Assembly: GCA_040954595.2 (NCBI GenBank)
Contig: CM082588.2
Location: forward strand, 2,053,027-2,117,026
Direction of reading: 5' to 3'
Origin: Balanoglossus misakiensis
Taxonomy: Eukaryota; Animalia; Hemichordata
DNA length: 64,000 bases
In this document: piece by piece, positions 11,401 through 25,359 of the stretch
Layout of the letters: each line of letters begins with the position of its first letter
Numbering within the stretch: position 1 is the first letter of the stretch
The notes under the pieces: generated by a model
What the model was told of the DNA's origin: nothing
Databases searched by the model: none
Seen by the model: only the letters and a program-made list of their open reading frames with translations
Position numbers and translations under genes: made by a program

Positions 11401-14400
11401 CCATGCACGAAGGTTATAATTTTGTTAATTATCAAAATCCACCATCAGGTGTGATTTTCCACTTTTACATCAACAACGCTGACTCTTTGTCCGGGAAGAC
11501 GTTACACTGACCGTAAACAAGGTTATTCTCATAAACACTTCTTGTCACGCTTCCTGTTTTTTTCATGCAATTATAGAAACTCAAGTTGAACAAAAGTGGT
11601 GTTTTCGTCGACTACGTTCGGTGTTTATCTCCCCCTTTCGCGGCATTTCGAATGTGCATTAAAACGTTTGCGTGGACTCGCTATTGTAATTTCCCCAAAA
11701 ATCAGATAAGTCACGCGAGAAATTACGAGATAATGCGTGAATGGCGCTCTGGTGCAACATAATGTGTTTGCGGATACACCCGAGATAATAAAAAAGGACA
11801 TAAGGTTTCTAATGCAGTTTATATTTAAGCGACAAAAATAACGAAAGTACAGTGTGCGCAGTTTTATTTTATCTGACAGTCGTGAAAAATTGTCCCCATT
11901 TTGATTTGTCAAAAGATGTGGAAACAGCTCAGGACTTTTAATTTCGTTAGTTATTTATGACGCCTGCCCGATGTGTTATGAGTCATCCGCGCAGACGACA
12001 GCTGAAAATGTGATTCGATTGTATTTCTTAGATACTAGATATCAGTCTCGTCTGCTTTAGGCTGATTTATGCAGCCCTAGACCCTTCTCATCCTGTTTTC
12101 ACTTTTGACACCGGAATCACGTGACTTTTTAGTCTAGAAGAGCAGATCTCCAGTATAACATCGAAATAACACCAACCCATTTCTAAAGTGTGAAAAGGGC
12201 GAGAAGAAAAGCTGTCAAATATGCCATTTCTCGCGGCTTGCAAAGGATAACAAGGGTGTGCAAAGTACATGAGAACAGCTCAAGAAGTCTAAGACACAAC
12301 CTCTAAACGGGATATTTGGATTATCTAAAAGAGTGATTTATAAAGAAAAAATAAGCATCTCTTGAGAATCGAGGCATTATGTAAATTGAGTACTTTCTTA
12401 TCTTCTTGGAGCCTGCTCTCATAATTATCATTCCTACTGATAAAGATAACGATATAGCGGAAATACTTTATGATAATTTTTACCTTTAACGTATGACACA
12501 ATGTGTGCAGAGGTCATCATTAGTGTGTCTGGATACGCAGTCGTTTAAATTTCATGGCAGTGTTTTTGTTTTACATAAAATAGTTTCTGTTTTGCACAGG
12601 GTGGTAGTTGAAATGCATGTAATCGTGTCAAGCGGTGGAAGCAGCCCTGGCTAATGACTGTGGTGGGTAGTGCAGGTCGATAAACGATCCTAAGTGTTTT
12701 AGAGTATACTCAAACGTCTGGCAATGTTACCATAGATACGACATGGTGCAAAATACAGACGGTGATTCCAATTTAACTCTCAATTGAATTCATAACTGTC
12801 AGCGACAATTCAACACGAACAAGAAGTTAGGGAGCTATCAGTTATTATGGAAAGGTGGGCCGGAAAACATTGAGGTCGGTCATTCAGGTCACGCCCCATC
12901 GATGAAACCGAAAGCTCCCTTGTACATGAAGATTCGGTCACGCTGATTTTTAAGGCGACACCAACCACAATAAACTCGCACATGGTTTGCCGACACATCA
13001 TTAAATATTTTACAGTGTTATCACGGATTTAAGATTTCGCTGTTTCTGCATGCTACAAACCGTGGACGTGTTATAACGGGGTGCGGGGGGGGGGGGGCTT
13101 CCTGTGCCAGTCAGAGAAAGGCCACCCTTTATTCTAATTTCTCAAGGTTAAAAGATCATTTTATTAACCATTACATCAAGATAGGTCCGTTAAACTCAGA
13201 TTGTCGAACAAAAGAAACACGGTTAGAATTTTCGCGCCAAAAAATCTACTCTATACCCTTTGCCCTATTGTAAGTTTTCCTGTGGGTCAAAAGGAGGTTT
13301 AACTCTACTATTCATTACAAATCCTGGCCTAATTTAAAAGAAAGAAACGAACAGATGGGCGACATTTGTGAAAAAGAATCTGACAGCGGAACTGTGTGTC
13401 ATTACATGAATAATAAATGATAACTAGGCCTGGCGAATCAATGGCCAACGGTTGAATACTAATGAATTTCACTGACAAGAAATAATCTGACAGGAAATCT
13501 CACGACGCCTAAAACTCTCTATTAGGAGGTAATGTCTAACTTGTCTGTGTGTCCGTCACTTGATTTTCTGTGGAATTTTGCTGCATTGTCATGGAAACGG
13601 GGGTCGGTTTGCGCAGTGTAATAGAGGGACTGTGGTTTGAGGAAGACTTTGCCGACCTTTGCCGATGAATAAATGTTTATTTAATGCATTGATATTAAAC
13701 CTACATGACGTAATAACCCATGAGAGCATAAAGAGAGGAGAAACATTTTCATGTGCTATTTTAGCACCGTACCAATTCAGTTCAATCGCCCGCATCATAC
13801 CAAGTGTTCTCACACATTGTGTAGCCTCCTGTACAGACGTCTGTATTGTTTGAGTAACAGTCACCGATCGATTGGGTCTTAGCGGCTAATGAGTAAACGG
13901 TAGGGACCTCAAACGTTAACCACGCGAGGATGTCATGACCTGCTGGATCAACATGCGGAGATATCGAGAGGCGCGGAACGGTTACTTTCAAATTTTGATT
14001 CGCAGTTGTTGTTTTTTGGGGGGGAATACATTTTGGCACCATTGAAACAGCTATCGTAGATTGCCGATCTGAAACGTAGTGTATGGTGAAGTCATTCGAC
14101 TTTGTACCGAAAAGAAAGCAATTTGACAATGGGGGGAAACATACATTTAGGTAATGGACAAGGGTAATCATTTGCACATTTCTTTTCGGTGATCAACGAT
14201 TAAACCTTTGGGGCACACGCTTAAATCCGAAATAATTTCATCGCGACTCACACGTTTTCCATTCACCCTTCTCGTGAGATAGATTTAATTTGATGGCCAT
14301 GCTGTTTTGCCGTGCGATTGCGCAGTGTCGCAGCCAATAAAATAGCTTGCTTAAAAAAGAATAGCTCCCCAACCGATGTTCAGTATTTCTTGTGAATATG

Positions 14401-14929
14401 ATTCACTGCTATACAACCTTTTTATGAGAAAGACGTGTATTTACGTAAATGATGGGTGTTTCTCTCACTTTTAGAAAAAAATGAAGGTGTCAAACTTGCG
14501 CGAGGTCGTTTACGGCATGAACGACAATAGTTGCCATCTTGGATTTCGAATATAATTGTTAATGTGATATAAAAGCTGCTGGCATCGCGTAGACACCTCA
14601 GATTATTTTATGACGTGTTAAGCATCTGTTAAAAATCTCATAGTGTACATGTATACATGTGCTTTGGTAGTCAGTTACATACTTGACATTACTTACTCGC
14701 CGCTTATTTCAACATGCAGCTGAGGGCTTCAAGGTTGGACTGACGTAACAAAACGGTACCCAGAATATTACTGGTCCCCGCAAAAACATGAAGTTTGGAA
14801 GGCCAAGTTTTGAAAAAACGCGCTGGCTTTTATATTGGCATTTGTAAATCTTGGAAAGACGTTCTGCCAGCCATGGTATCTCCATCGATTCTACTTTCCA
14901 CTAAAAATAAGTAACACCCACAACACATC

Positions 14930-15023
14930 TTGTAGAATTTCGCGAAAATTAATCCTCGCGTAACAGTTGCCTCTTTTGATATCGCGAAAATTTCCTGTCG
15001 CGAAAATAACATGTTTTACTGTA
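14930..15023 (-). mobile_element. end fragment of a non-autonomous DNA transposon/MITE
   Basis: Reiterated TTTCGCGA/CGCGAAAA motifs end in ...AACATGTTTTACTGTA, a terminus style common in marine-invertebrate MITEs. I did not find the matching other end. Confidence 0.35.
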
Positions 15024-18000
15024 GTAGTTATCGTATTTGAGCAGGTGTGCCCTCTTTTACCTTTGGCACATTTTTCAGTGTTAATAAGTAGGCATTTGGG
15101 GCATGCGCTGTGGCGTCACCTCATGTCAGGTTCACGACCATGACTCCGCCCCGAGTTGTGACAAGGTCGGCGCGTGACACTTACTCATCTAAACCGACAG
15201 GCACTCGTAATAAGAAAAATGTCCCGTGACCCTAAACGGACAATGGAGGAAAAATGTACACATCAGTGATGTCATCAACTGGCATGTTATCATGACACTG
15301 CAGAAAACGGTGGTTACATCGTCAACATTTTAGAGGTGTAACACCCCCGGGTAAAAAAAAACCATCACCATAATCAGAGCGTGGCATGATGACAACAGGT
15401 ATAATGACACATTGTGAACATGTAGTACTACTACTGCGCAATTCTAAAGAAACGCATGAATGAGTTTAAATAAAATACACATATCTCAAATTACTTCATC
15501 ATTGAATTGAAGAAAATAATCATCGCGGCGGCGACGTTGCAGTTACTCAGACAGTGTCAGAATATCTTCCACCTTAAGATATGACTCACCTGGTCATAAT
15601 GAGGGGGGGGGGGGTACTGTGGATTGCTTAAATTGCCACGTGGCATGACGTGTAAGTTTCCACATTTGACCGTAATTCAAGCTACAAAATTTAGGACGTC
15701 ATTGACATACCATTGCAAGCATTCAGATAAAAGAACGGAATTTGCATTCGTGAAAGGTCATCGTTTGGGTATTATTCATTGAATTCTGAATTCAGTGTCT
15801 AGATGCTTTGTTGCATGGTTGCGTAGATAGGGGACGATTGTGTTTTTGTTATTTGTGTATGTTGCACCACAAATTGTCCGCCCTCTACTCTATCTTTCTC
15901 TGTCCGTCTGCCAGTCAGCCTCTGTCCCCTCCCCCCTCTCTCTCCCTCTCTGTGTTTCCTTGATAGCCTGGCCTATTAGAATTCAAGAAGTTAGTGTCCA
16001 GTTATGTCTGCTTGACATCCATATTTAGAGTCGACGCAAAGCAAACTCTCAGCTGAAAGACGCTGTGAACATGAACAGTCTCTTAGCGACTCAACAGATT
16101 CCAAAGCTTTAGCAATACATGTACACAAGTTTCTTCCCGCTGTGCTGATATAATGATAATAATGCACAACGGCATCTCACGTCAAAGCGGGCAGCAGATC
16201 CCTACTCCCAGAGGCAGGTGCGCCGAGAAAAACCCGGCTTCAACAAATTGAATGCCTCTCTTTGTGTGACTAGAACCTTAATGATCTTTTAATAGCTTAA
16301 GATTTCTTCTAGACGCTTTAAACAAATCGCACTGACTCTTGGGTTTTCAAAGCGCTCTAATTGCAAGGCTCTCGTACGAATTTTATTTAACATTCAAATG
16401 ATGACAGATTCCAATTATAATTCGTGTGGCATGCAATTGGAATGTGAATCACGAAGTTCATGTAAAAACGAGTCCTATAATTACCAGATGACACAAAGTT
16501 GATATTTTCTGTAACTTGATTTATCAACTAGAAAGTTACGTCAGTGATCAATGAAAACGTGTGTTTACAATTTTCTCTCTTTCACTGAATCAGAAATGCA
16601 AACTTTTCGCACAAAAACTGATCATCAAGACGCGAGCGAAAATTATACTTGACAAGTGACAATTTACAGAATTTTGTGTCGATTGATGGCGATTATACAC
16701 CTATGCGTCGATCGATCCTTTTGTTTCGGAGCACTCTTTGTCTAAAGCCTGAGCTTAATTCGATCTCTAAAGTGAGAGGGGCAAATTAGTTGAACAGCCC
16801 GGGTGAGTTGTAAATCTTTAATGCAAGTGCATTTTACATTTCAATACCAACAGACGGCATCCTTTCAAGGGGTAGAGGGCACAAAGAAATCGCTAGAAGT
16901 TTTTTTGTTATCCTGTTCGAGTCAATTACTCGACTGAAATAGAAGAGAAGGTTGATTAAAATCTGTTTGTATTTTCAATGTTTTTACATGAACAAACTGG
17001 TCGAATGTTGATATATTTTGCTTCTTTTATAAAGCGATATTCAGTCTCCCGGTTGTGAGCAACACAATGTTGGAACAGCTCTGTGTACATAGTCAATCCG
17101 GGGCGGGTCACAAGTTTGTTTTCTGGCGATTACGAAATTTTTTGTTAACTTACAATATGCACCACACAAACACACAAAACAGGTCCTTCGGTATTATTAC
17201 GAGCCCGAGATTATTCGTGTATTTTGAGTGAAGTATTAAACGTATTAATACACAGGGCACGCTGGCCCCTGCGTCGAAAAAAATCGGGGTTAAAAAATAA
17301 AGCTTCGTGCACAAGCGGGGTCTCGATCTTTACCCGTGGTAGCTTGGAAATAATGAGAACATAGTAAAGAAAGGGGACAATAGGTGTGTCTGTATGCGCC
17401 CGTCACCATATCACCATACAACCATAGATCTACTATGGCCCTAGGCTCAAATATATGGAAGGCGTTCTGACACAGCTGACGCTACGGCGTGGGAGAATCT
17501 GCTCGCCAGTGTTTTAAGCGGATTCTCTGATACAATCCTTATTTTTCAGAGTACTTCATGAGGGAATAACAGCCAACAGAGGGTTGTTTGAGTCTGATGA
17601 AATATAGTTCGACGAATTTTACATTTCTCAAAACATGCCAATTCCTTCGCCAGTGATTTCACCTTTTTTACTCATCTTTTAGGAGACATGGTGCTAGACT
17701 AGTCCATTGCACAAAGAGAGGGATCCCAATAATCGATGAACAAATGTTAAAAGCAATTATTAAGCTGTTTTATGATTCGCTCGCCCTCCCCGGCAAAACG
17801 GCGTTGCCAGGTGACGCTCGACGTATGGTCTCTACATATGACGTATAAAAATAAAACATTGAAAATTGTTCTTTTAAAAAAAAACTCGACATTTATCTCC
17901 TGATTAATGGGTTCGCTATTTTAGATATTCTATCTTCATTCGACCGTTATTCAAAATGGTGGACGTTGAGTGTTTTGCCTGAGTTATTGAGTTGCAGACG

Positions 18001-18119
18001 ACAGGATACTAGTAGAATATTGCAAGTTATTTCTCACGATCAGATTGTCGCATATAACACTTGTAAGTTATTTATACATACCCGTATTATGTATTGCGAT
18101 AACTGTGTACAGGGTCGGA

Positions 18120-18561
18120 ATATTCTATTTGCATTACACTACGTCACGTGCAAGGTAATGTTGGGCGAAACCATTGGAACAGTGGGCGATAGCGACGTTG
18201 CTTTCAGGGTTCAGCCTCATATGGCAGTGAGAGCGTAACAAGGCGAGTCCACACAAAAGACCTCTGTACAAATTCTATGTAAATTCGCACCAAGTCTCAA
18301 TAGTTGCTGTGATATTTGGTCTGACTTTCGCTAAAAACTCGCCGATAAGGACTAGCGTTGGAGACTGTGCATTTGTGAGCGACTGTTTCGTCTTTGTCTA
18401 CTGAGGCCTCGTCTCCCGCGGGGATCGACAAAACTCGCCACCCAGCAACCCTCTTCACTCGGAGCGAGCTTGCGATGGATTGATCGACTGAACCTATTTA
18501 TAGAAGTTTTTTCGACTGGGCTTTTTATATAGAAAGCCATACCCACGCCCCATTCAGCCAG
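18120..18561 (+). promoter_or_regulatory. candidate promoter and non-coding first exon of the CITED-like gene
   Basis: Octamer ATTTGCAT at 18127; composite CRE/E-box/HRE TACGTCACGTGC at 18140-18151; MEF2/TATA-like CTATTTATAG at 18494-18503; donor CAG|GTAACA at 18562 pairing with acceptor TTTTTTCCCAG| at 18869. Confidence 0.45.
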
Positions 18562-18973
18562 GTAACACTGAGAGAGAGGATAACACTGCGCAGGTTACGA
18601 CATGCTGTACCAGTGATTCTGTATGCATTGCGTGCCCAGCTCTACATGAACAGTATTCGACTGTAACTTACTGTGTGTGATCGTATAACTCATTTACATT
18701 AGGATTCACGTGCATATCGAGGCTGTTGTCGACTGGCGGGTAATTACCACGCTTACGATCCCAATAGCACGCAACTCCAATCCAACATACTGCAGTTGTA
18801 GAGCACGCCGCCTGCTACACAGTATCGCCTAACAAATCGACAGAAGCGTATTGATACGTTTTTTCCCAGGCGGTTTTCATCGATTCGTTAGAGTTTCCCA
18901 AGCTTGTGGTTCTGAGCGCACCCGTTCAAACTTTGTCTGGAGTGTTTTGTTGTTGTTTCTGCGGAGTGTGAAG

Positions 18974-19297
18974 ATGCGTCAATACAGCAGTGTGTACACA
19001 CCCGTCCACCGGTCAGCCAGCCACGGTCACCAGAGCCGCTTTTGTGGATCTGGCGGGAGTTTCGCACGTGGGAAACAGACTGAGTCTGTTGGCTCGATGG
19101 CACCCGCCATGCAGCAGAGGCCTTCCCCGGCTTACAGTGAGTGCGTCGACTTGCGCTGCATGGATAAGATCGACGAGGAGACGCTGAGAATGTTGATCGT
19201 GGAACTGGAACTGAACAAACCGAGAGAACTGCCGGAATTGAGGGTAGTCAACGTGGCTCAGGATTTGATGCTGAGTGTACAGGGACCTGAGCGTTAA
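18974..19297 (+). CDS. CITED: CITED-family (CBP/p300-interacting transactivator) protein, 107 aa, single coding exon
   Basis: The C-terminus DKIDEETLRMLIVELELNKPRELPEL aligns without gaps to the CR2 domain of human CITED2 ([26 protein letters not shown]) and CITED4 ([25 protein letters not shown]). The ATG context is AAGATG, 104 nt after a splice acceptor. The N-terminus is low-complexity. Confidence 0.8.
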   Translation: MRQYSSVYTPVHRSASHGHQSRFCGSGGSFARGKQTESVGSMAPAMQQRPSPAYSECVDLRCMDKIDEETLRMLIVELELNKPRELPELRVVNVAQDLMLSVQGPER

Positions 19298-20758
19298 CGG
19301 ATCCGGGGGAAATAACACCAGGGATATTGATCTAACCGCCAATGACAACCACTCGTTGTCAGCTGGAGGGATAAACTGAGAAAATTGATAACAATCGCTC
19401 ATCAGCTGGCCAAGATTCCGAAGTCTTGCGTACGCGCTGTGCTGTTTTCCGAAAGCGTTTCTCTTCACGACTGACCTGTAACTACAAGCCAAAACAGCGT
19501 GTTGAACAGATTTACAAACAACAGACTTGCCACCGATGCCTTAGCTTGCTACAAGTTTCAGACCTATAGACTTAACAGAGAGAGATGAAATCGGACAATA
19601 AGTTACCAGGGCAACGGTGTCCTCGCACAAGAAATAGACATGGATTTTTTGAATACCATTTCATCGTTAGTATTATTTTTACCAGGAACATAATGCATGT
19701 ACACACAATCGATGTTAGAAGAGAGCTATATACAAACACAAATTCCAAGTATTCAGACCGAAATAGCGTTTATCTGTCCTAAATTTGGGTCAGCATTACG
19801 CTACTGTACAACATAACTTCGGCCATATCACCGGTTTCAACATGAGGTATATTCTGCCATACCCGGAAGGTTCAGGTTCTTGTTGCTTGTAGCCTTGTCT
19901 GTTTACAAATGGGTTTTCTTGAACGTTTCATGAAACAGAAATTATGAGAAAAAGTGTCATTTTAACATGCGTCATTCGGGACATGAATAGCACATGAATA
20001 GGCACGAAAAAGCGTCGCCGATCCCTTGATAGTGATGGTACCAGCTATTGTTACATGCTGTATTTTGGGTCCAATCTTGTCAATGATCGGCGTGCTAGGG
20101 GGCTCGTCAAGTATTTAATAACGCCGAACCCGTGAACAGGTGAATTTATTCAGACTGGATCGGGGAAGCGAAGCCCTCTAACTTCTCATTGTTTAATTTA
20201 TAGCAGATCCCCAGTTTTTGGAGTGATGGGGTGGTCGTTTTCCATGTTATAAACTTCAAGTGTTGATTTCGTGTTATGTTGTGTTCTTTTTGAGTTTCTT
20301 CGAGGACAATCGGCAAGCAGTAAATATTGATCAAGCCTTGGTTTAGTGCTTTTACAGTCGTTTCTGTGGCACTTTACAGGCCACGCCTTATGGAGCCCGC
20401 CATCTGTATATGGGGGCAGCTGTCACGGAAACCGACCGCGCACCGATCTGTATTTTTGTCCGTTTGTATTAATATAATTATCATTGTTAAACGCTCAACG
20501 AGAGTCTTTCACTTGTAAATATAAAAGAAAAACTTATTTTTGAATAATGTGCAATAGCGTTATATCACATATGCCGTATGCCTGATCTACACTTTCTTTT
20601 TCAATTAAACGTTAACAGAAGTTTAAATCTTATTTGTCAAAGGGAGATAAAACAGGGTGAATTGGCCTGCTTTTAGTTGAGCTACCATTCGCCCTTTTTC
20701 ATGGATACGGTTCAGTTTACATTAACCCACTGTGATTGTCGATGACTCAGATATCTAA

Positions 20759-20764
20759 AATAAA
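20759..20764 (+). terminator. candidate poly(A) signal of the CITED-like mRNA (~1.5-kb AU-rich 3' UTR)
   Basis: AATAAA followed by a U-rich tract; ATTTA motifs upstream at ~20052, 20143 and 20197; an alternative ATTAAA at ~20604. Confidence 0.4.
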
Positions 20765-21914
20765 ACTTTTTTTAGAAATATTTTAATGTCCCTTTGCTTT
20801 GATCTATCTCGTTGTGTGTGGAAGTTGACATCGCTTTTATCACATGTAAAGTTGCTATGCATGACTCATTCACAAGCTGACAATTTGACCCCTGTGCTTC
20901 CATATCAAGGTATAGAAATGAACGTCGCGTACATGCCAGTGACGTGTTTGTTGATTGAGCTGGTCACGGCTAGCGCGCAAGAATGTGTCTAGTCTGCCCT
21001 ACCTTGCTTGTTGTCGGTTTGTCACGACTTGTTTTGACAAGCAGGGTCATTGTGTGTCAACACAAAGCAATTCGTAATTGTTCAAATGAATAATGTAGCC
21101 CCATCCCTTAATGTGGAAGGCGATGCGAAAAAATCGCGAAGTTCAACGTCATTGTTGAGTCAAAATAGTGGTCCTTCGTCAGGTAGTAACTAATCCGGGT
21201 TTTGCTATTGACAAAACACAATGGGAAATGGTCGTGAATGACACGACAATACGTTCGTGACTAACGGCAACGCCGTATGGCCACCATTGAATTGTCAAAG
21301 CGGCACACACTCGCCCCTTGTTCAAACTCACACGGGAAATCCTCCATCTTTCAGACCGATACGTGCTTTAACCAGCATATAAAACAAAATTAATATCGAT
21401 CGACAAATTTAGAGCGCCGAGCTTAGTAACTTTCAAATGCGGTAACTATCCCCGTAGAAATGTTCGTGTTGCTACGAGAGGAAAATTTTATTGCATTTTT
21501 ACAGCGTCGTTGAATACTCTTTCTGACATGCTTTGCCAAATGCATCCATTTTGATATACGGACGGCCATTATTGGAGCGATTGTTAAAAAGCGCCATCAA
21601 TCAACTACGTACCTGCTCAAACAGATACTTTATTATTATACCTCAAGTCACTCCAGTGTTTGCCACCTTAACTATATACAGATAACCGAAGGTCTTTGTA
21701 AACAAAGTAGAGAGAGAGAGAGAAGATAGAGCGTCTCTTCGTATATCTATTGAAATGAGATTTGACAAGAGGTAACGAGGAAGTTGAACAATATTAACTT
21801 TGATCAGCACAAATCTTCGTCTTTTTGTTCTCCATCAAGATTTGTTTTGTCTTCCGGCTACTCTTAGCGACTCAAGTTCTCCATTATTTCCCCGCCATCT
21901 GTCTGTGTCATTCA

Positions 21915-21937
21915 TTCTGTATGTATGTATGTATGTA

Positions 21938-21971
<34 letters not shown>

Positions 21972-21975
21972 CTTC

Positions 21976-22010
<35 letters not shown>

Positions 22011-22012
22011 GT
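21915..22012. repeat. (GTAT)n-(GTCT)n microsatellite
   Basis: Directly visible. Confidence 0.9.
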
Positions 22013-25000
22013 CGGTGCCTCCTTTATGACCCAATAACACTCACTTCAAAGTTTTGAAGCAAATAAATTAAGAGCGAACAGCAGCATGAATGTGCATGTC
22101 TTCCTTGATATTTTATTTTGTCCAACTTGAGACACACAATGGTTGAAGACGGGTTGTCAAGAGCAGTTGCTCCATCTGTATCTCCACAAGTACCCCTCCG
22201 GTAAAATAGTTTGACCCACTTAGCCGCTCCCATAGACAGCCGGTGAACTTTACCTCCGGCTGTAAACGTAAATCGATCCATTCAATGAATACAAGCCAAC
22301 TTGACAGGCCGATCAGATTGCGTCAATCTACGTCTGATGACAGCACTCTGGTCGCCCGGATTAAAACTAAAACAAAGCAAGGTTTGACGCACGCACGCAC
22401 TCAAAATGCTTCCCCTATACGGATACTGTTCTGTGCAAGCGGATTGGCACATAATGATGGCGGTCTTGATGAGGTCCTCCCGCGATGAAATAAGAAGCCA
22501 GTCTCTGCAAGGAAATTCCATGTACGTAAAATGTCACCCAGGTTATGGATCATTGCACGGCTACTACGTGACTGTTTTGAAGATTATCTTTGCTAATGGC
22601 CTGTGCTACTATTGCAGGGCATACATAGCTTGCAGGTTTCTGTGGTCTAAACCATGGACTGTGGTACGTCCACATGTCTAACACTATACACCAAGGCCAG
22701 AACATCGCGACAGATCCCATACCAGACTGTGATCAGATTACCTGTCATTTCGCACACGCACTCAGCATCAGCGTGCAACGGCAACGTTAGTGCCAATACC
22801 AATTGTTGTCACGCTGTTATAGATGAGTCATCATCATTATTTTATTTGAGCTGTCAATGTCATAAGCACCTGCCAGTGCGTGATTCAAGCCAGTAAGTTT
22901 TCCCCTTCAACGGAAGAAAACAAATATTTGTTAATAACCACAGAATCACTCAATCCATGATCATAAGTGATTCAAAACAGTCTTATACGACAGTTTCTAT
23001 GAACATTTTGTGTGTTTAACAAGAAAACGCAAAACACAGACAGAGAACGCTATGTGAGCGCAATTTATAAGTTAAAATAACTCAACGGTGTTTGTGCTGT
23101 TTGTATAATCTAGAAAGGCATCTTCAGTGCCCTTTGGAATTCCACAGTTATATTCACTGATGCACAACAAGCTCTCTGAGATATCTGCCTGTGTGGAATG
23201 CAAGACCTACTTTTTTACTACCCTTCGCATATTTGGAGATTGAAGTTAATAACAACTAGATTGCCCTCACTAATCAATGATTCTTGAACAGGAAACTGCC
23301 TCCATCACTGATAACAAGCGCCTGACAATCTAGAAAAAATGCTGTTCACAAGAACGGAAACTTGACTCTGCTATTGCGCGAATGGGTGTAAATGTATTGG
23401 ATATAATGATGTCACCAGCTGTAGACGTTCATTGACCTCCTCCTATAGTTGTAGAGTAATCGATATTCCGGATCCGACAAGGCGGACAATACTAATAAAG
23501 CTATGACGTCTCCAAAATAAAATTGCGTGCTTGCTTTAATTTACTTAAACTGAAAACTTTGTTTTTCGAGAATCGAAATAGTCCCAGGAAAAAAATTACT
23601 CATCCAACCTCTTTGTTTTATTGTTTGTTTGTTTGTTTTTATAGCTGATTCATCTTCAAGTGTTTTCTTTCACCCGAATAAATACGCATCATTTTGAACG
23701 TGTGCGGGCCTTTGCTGCACAACTGGTTCATGTACGTTGTATTTGCGTATATGTACACAGAAGGCACAGCTCGAGGGATATACAAGGTGATGATGAGTGT
23801 GTGGGCGAGAAATGCAAATAAATAAAGCGAACCACCTACACATTTTTTTTGTCAATGGTTATTTCTCCGTGGTCAGTTAAGGCTATATTTGTCTTGTAAA
23901 TATAATACGCTCATCTTTCTTCGTAAACAGGACGTTCCAAATGACTGTAATTTCTGAGCATATACTTGTGTATTCAGTCGAGCAAAGTCGGGGTCACCAA
24001 CCCCGCCTTTTCACTGAAATTCCCAACAGAGAACTTGGAAATTGTTTGGTGTCATAGCTGTCGAATACAAATAGAGACCGATTTTATCTGATTGGGTATA
24101 AATCTTTTACCAAAAAAATGGATGCTGCGACACACTGATGCAAATGAGTTGATCTGCAAAGCAATATTAGTCTAGTGTCACGATCAAAATTAGAAAATTG
24201 TCTGAACAAAAGCGCCCACGAAAGTCCCAGGGTTCAGGGATATTCCCCATAAACATGTTTTGTCGTGTACATGTACATATAATGTTTTCTTGGAAAGCGA
24301 CAGGATTATTGAAAGTAAAGAGATGACGAGGTCACTGACTGCGCCGGCGCGTCAACAGGAAATGCAAGCTGCTTTCGTGTCTTCGCTGTCATGATGTTAG
24401 AATATCAAATAGCAATCAGGATTTTCCAAGAAGCCGAGAAAGTCCATTGTTGGCTCATATTCTGACACAGCAGTGCAGACAATCCGCCTCAAATTGAGAA
24501 CAATTACGGAGCAGCGGATGTATCAAACAAACAGGTGGTTTCGACTTTACATTATCATAAAACTGCTGACTAGTTCTTACAATCGATGCTCGGTACCTCG
24601 TGATTACGATGTAGGTTGAATTACCATAACTCCCCAGCAATTTGGGGCAGAAAATTATATGAACACTAAACGAGAAATGTCTGTTATTGATTAGTTGACA
24701 GGTATACACGTAACATCTTATCAATACAGTCGGTGCGTAATCATGCTTCGTGACTGAATAGGGACCAACGGAAGCTTGCTCGACCCCGAATGTCTATAAG
24801 CAGTACACCAACTAGGCGCCGTTTCGTACCAGACTCGGCCACAGAAATCCCACATGGTATCAAATCCTTAGGAAGGCACTATCACGATTTTCGATCTGTA
24901 ATGGACGTACCGTTTTTTTACAGGCGCCATAAATAGTGCCGTCTCGTTGTAATAGCCTCAGTGAAAATCGTCGGTTTTATGTAATAAATAAACGATTGGC

Positions 25001-25359
25001 ATGCATACAATATATGTTAGTATCGTATGTGAATCGGGCGTATACTTCAGATAGGAATCTACTTATGAGGGTCAAATTGACATTCGTTGTAATGATATAT
25101 TAAACCATAATGTTCGAAAAGGTGGTCATTGGGAAAGAGGGTATCAATTTTCGATTTCGATCGTAGTTTTGATGAGACAGTAGTATTACAGGTGTTCTAC
25201 TCCTCGAAAATCAAAATCTAAGACTTAGTTGTTTTTTTTGAAATGGCAGCCTGACGGAAACTGGAAATTGGGTACCTATTGGGAAGAGCTTACTTCCCTA
25301 TACACGAGGAACGAATGAGATAATACCTGTGCCCTCTTTACATAAAACACAGTCAGTCT

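Noticed and set aside
18851-18973. N-terminal extension of the CITED-like ORF (the 148-aa call)
   Set aside because: It starts at TTG upstream of a clear splice acceptor at 18869; the first in-frame ATG is at 18974.
19013-19492. 159-aa antisense ORF over CITED
   Set aside because: Non-ATG start and no recognisable motif; it is a shadow of the GC-rich sense CDS.
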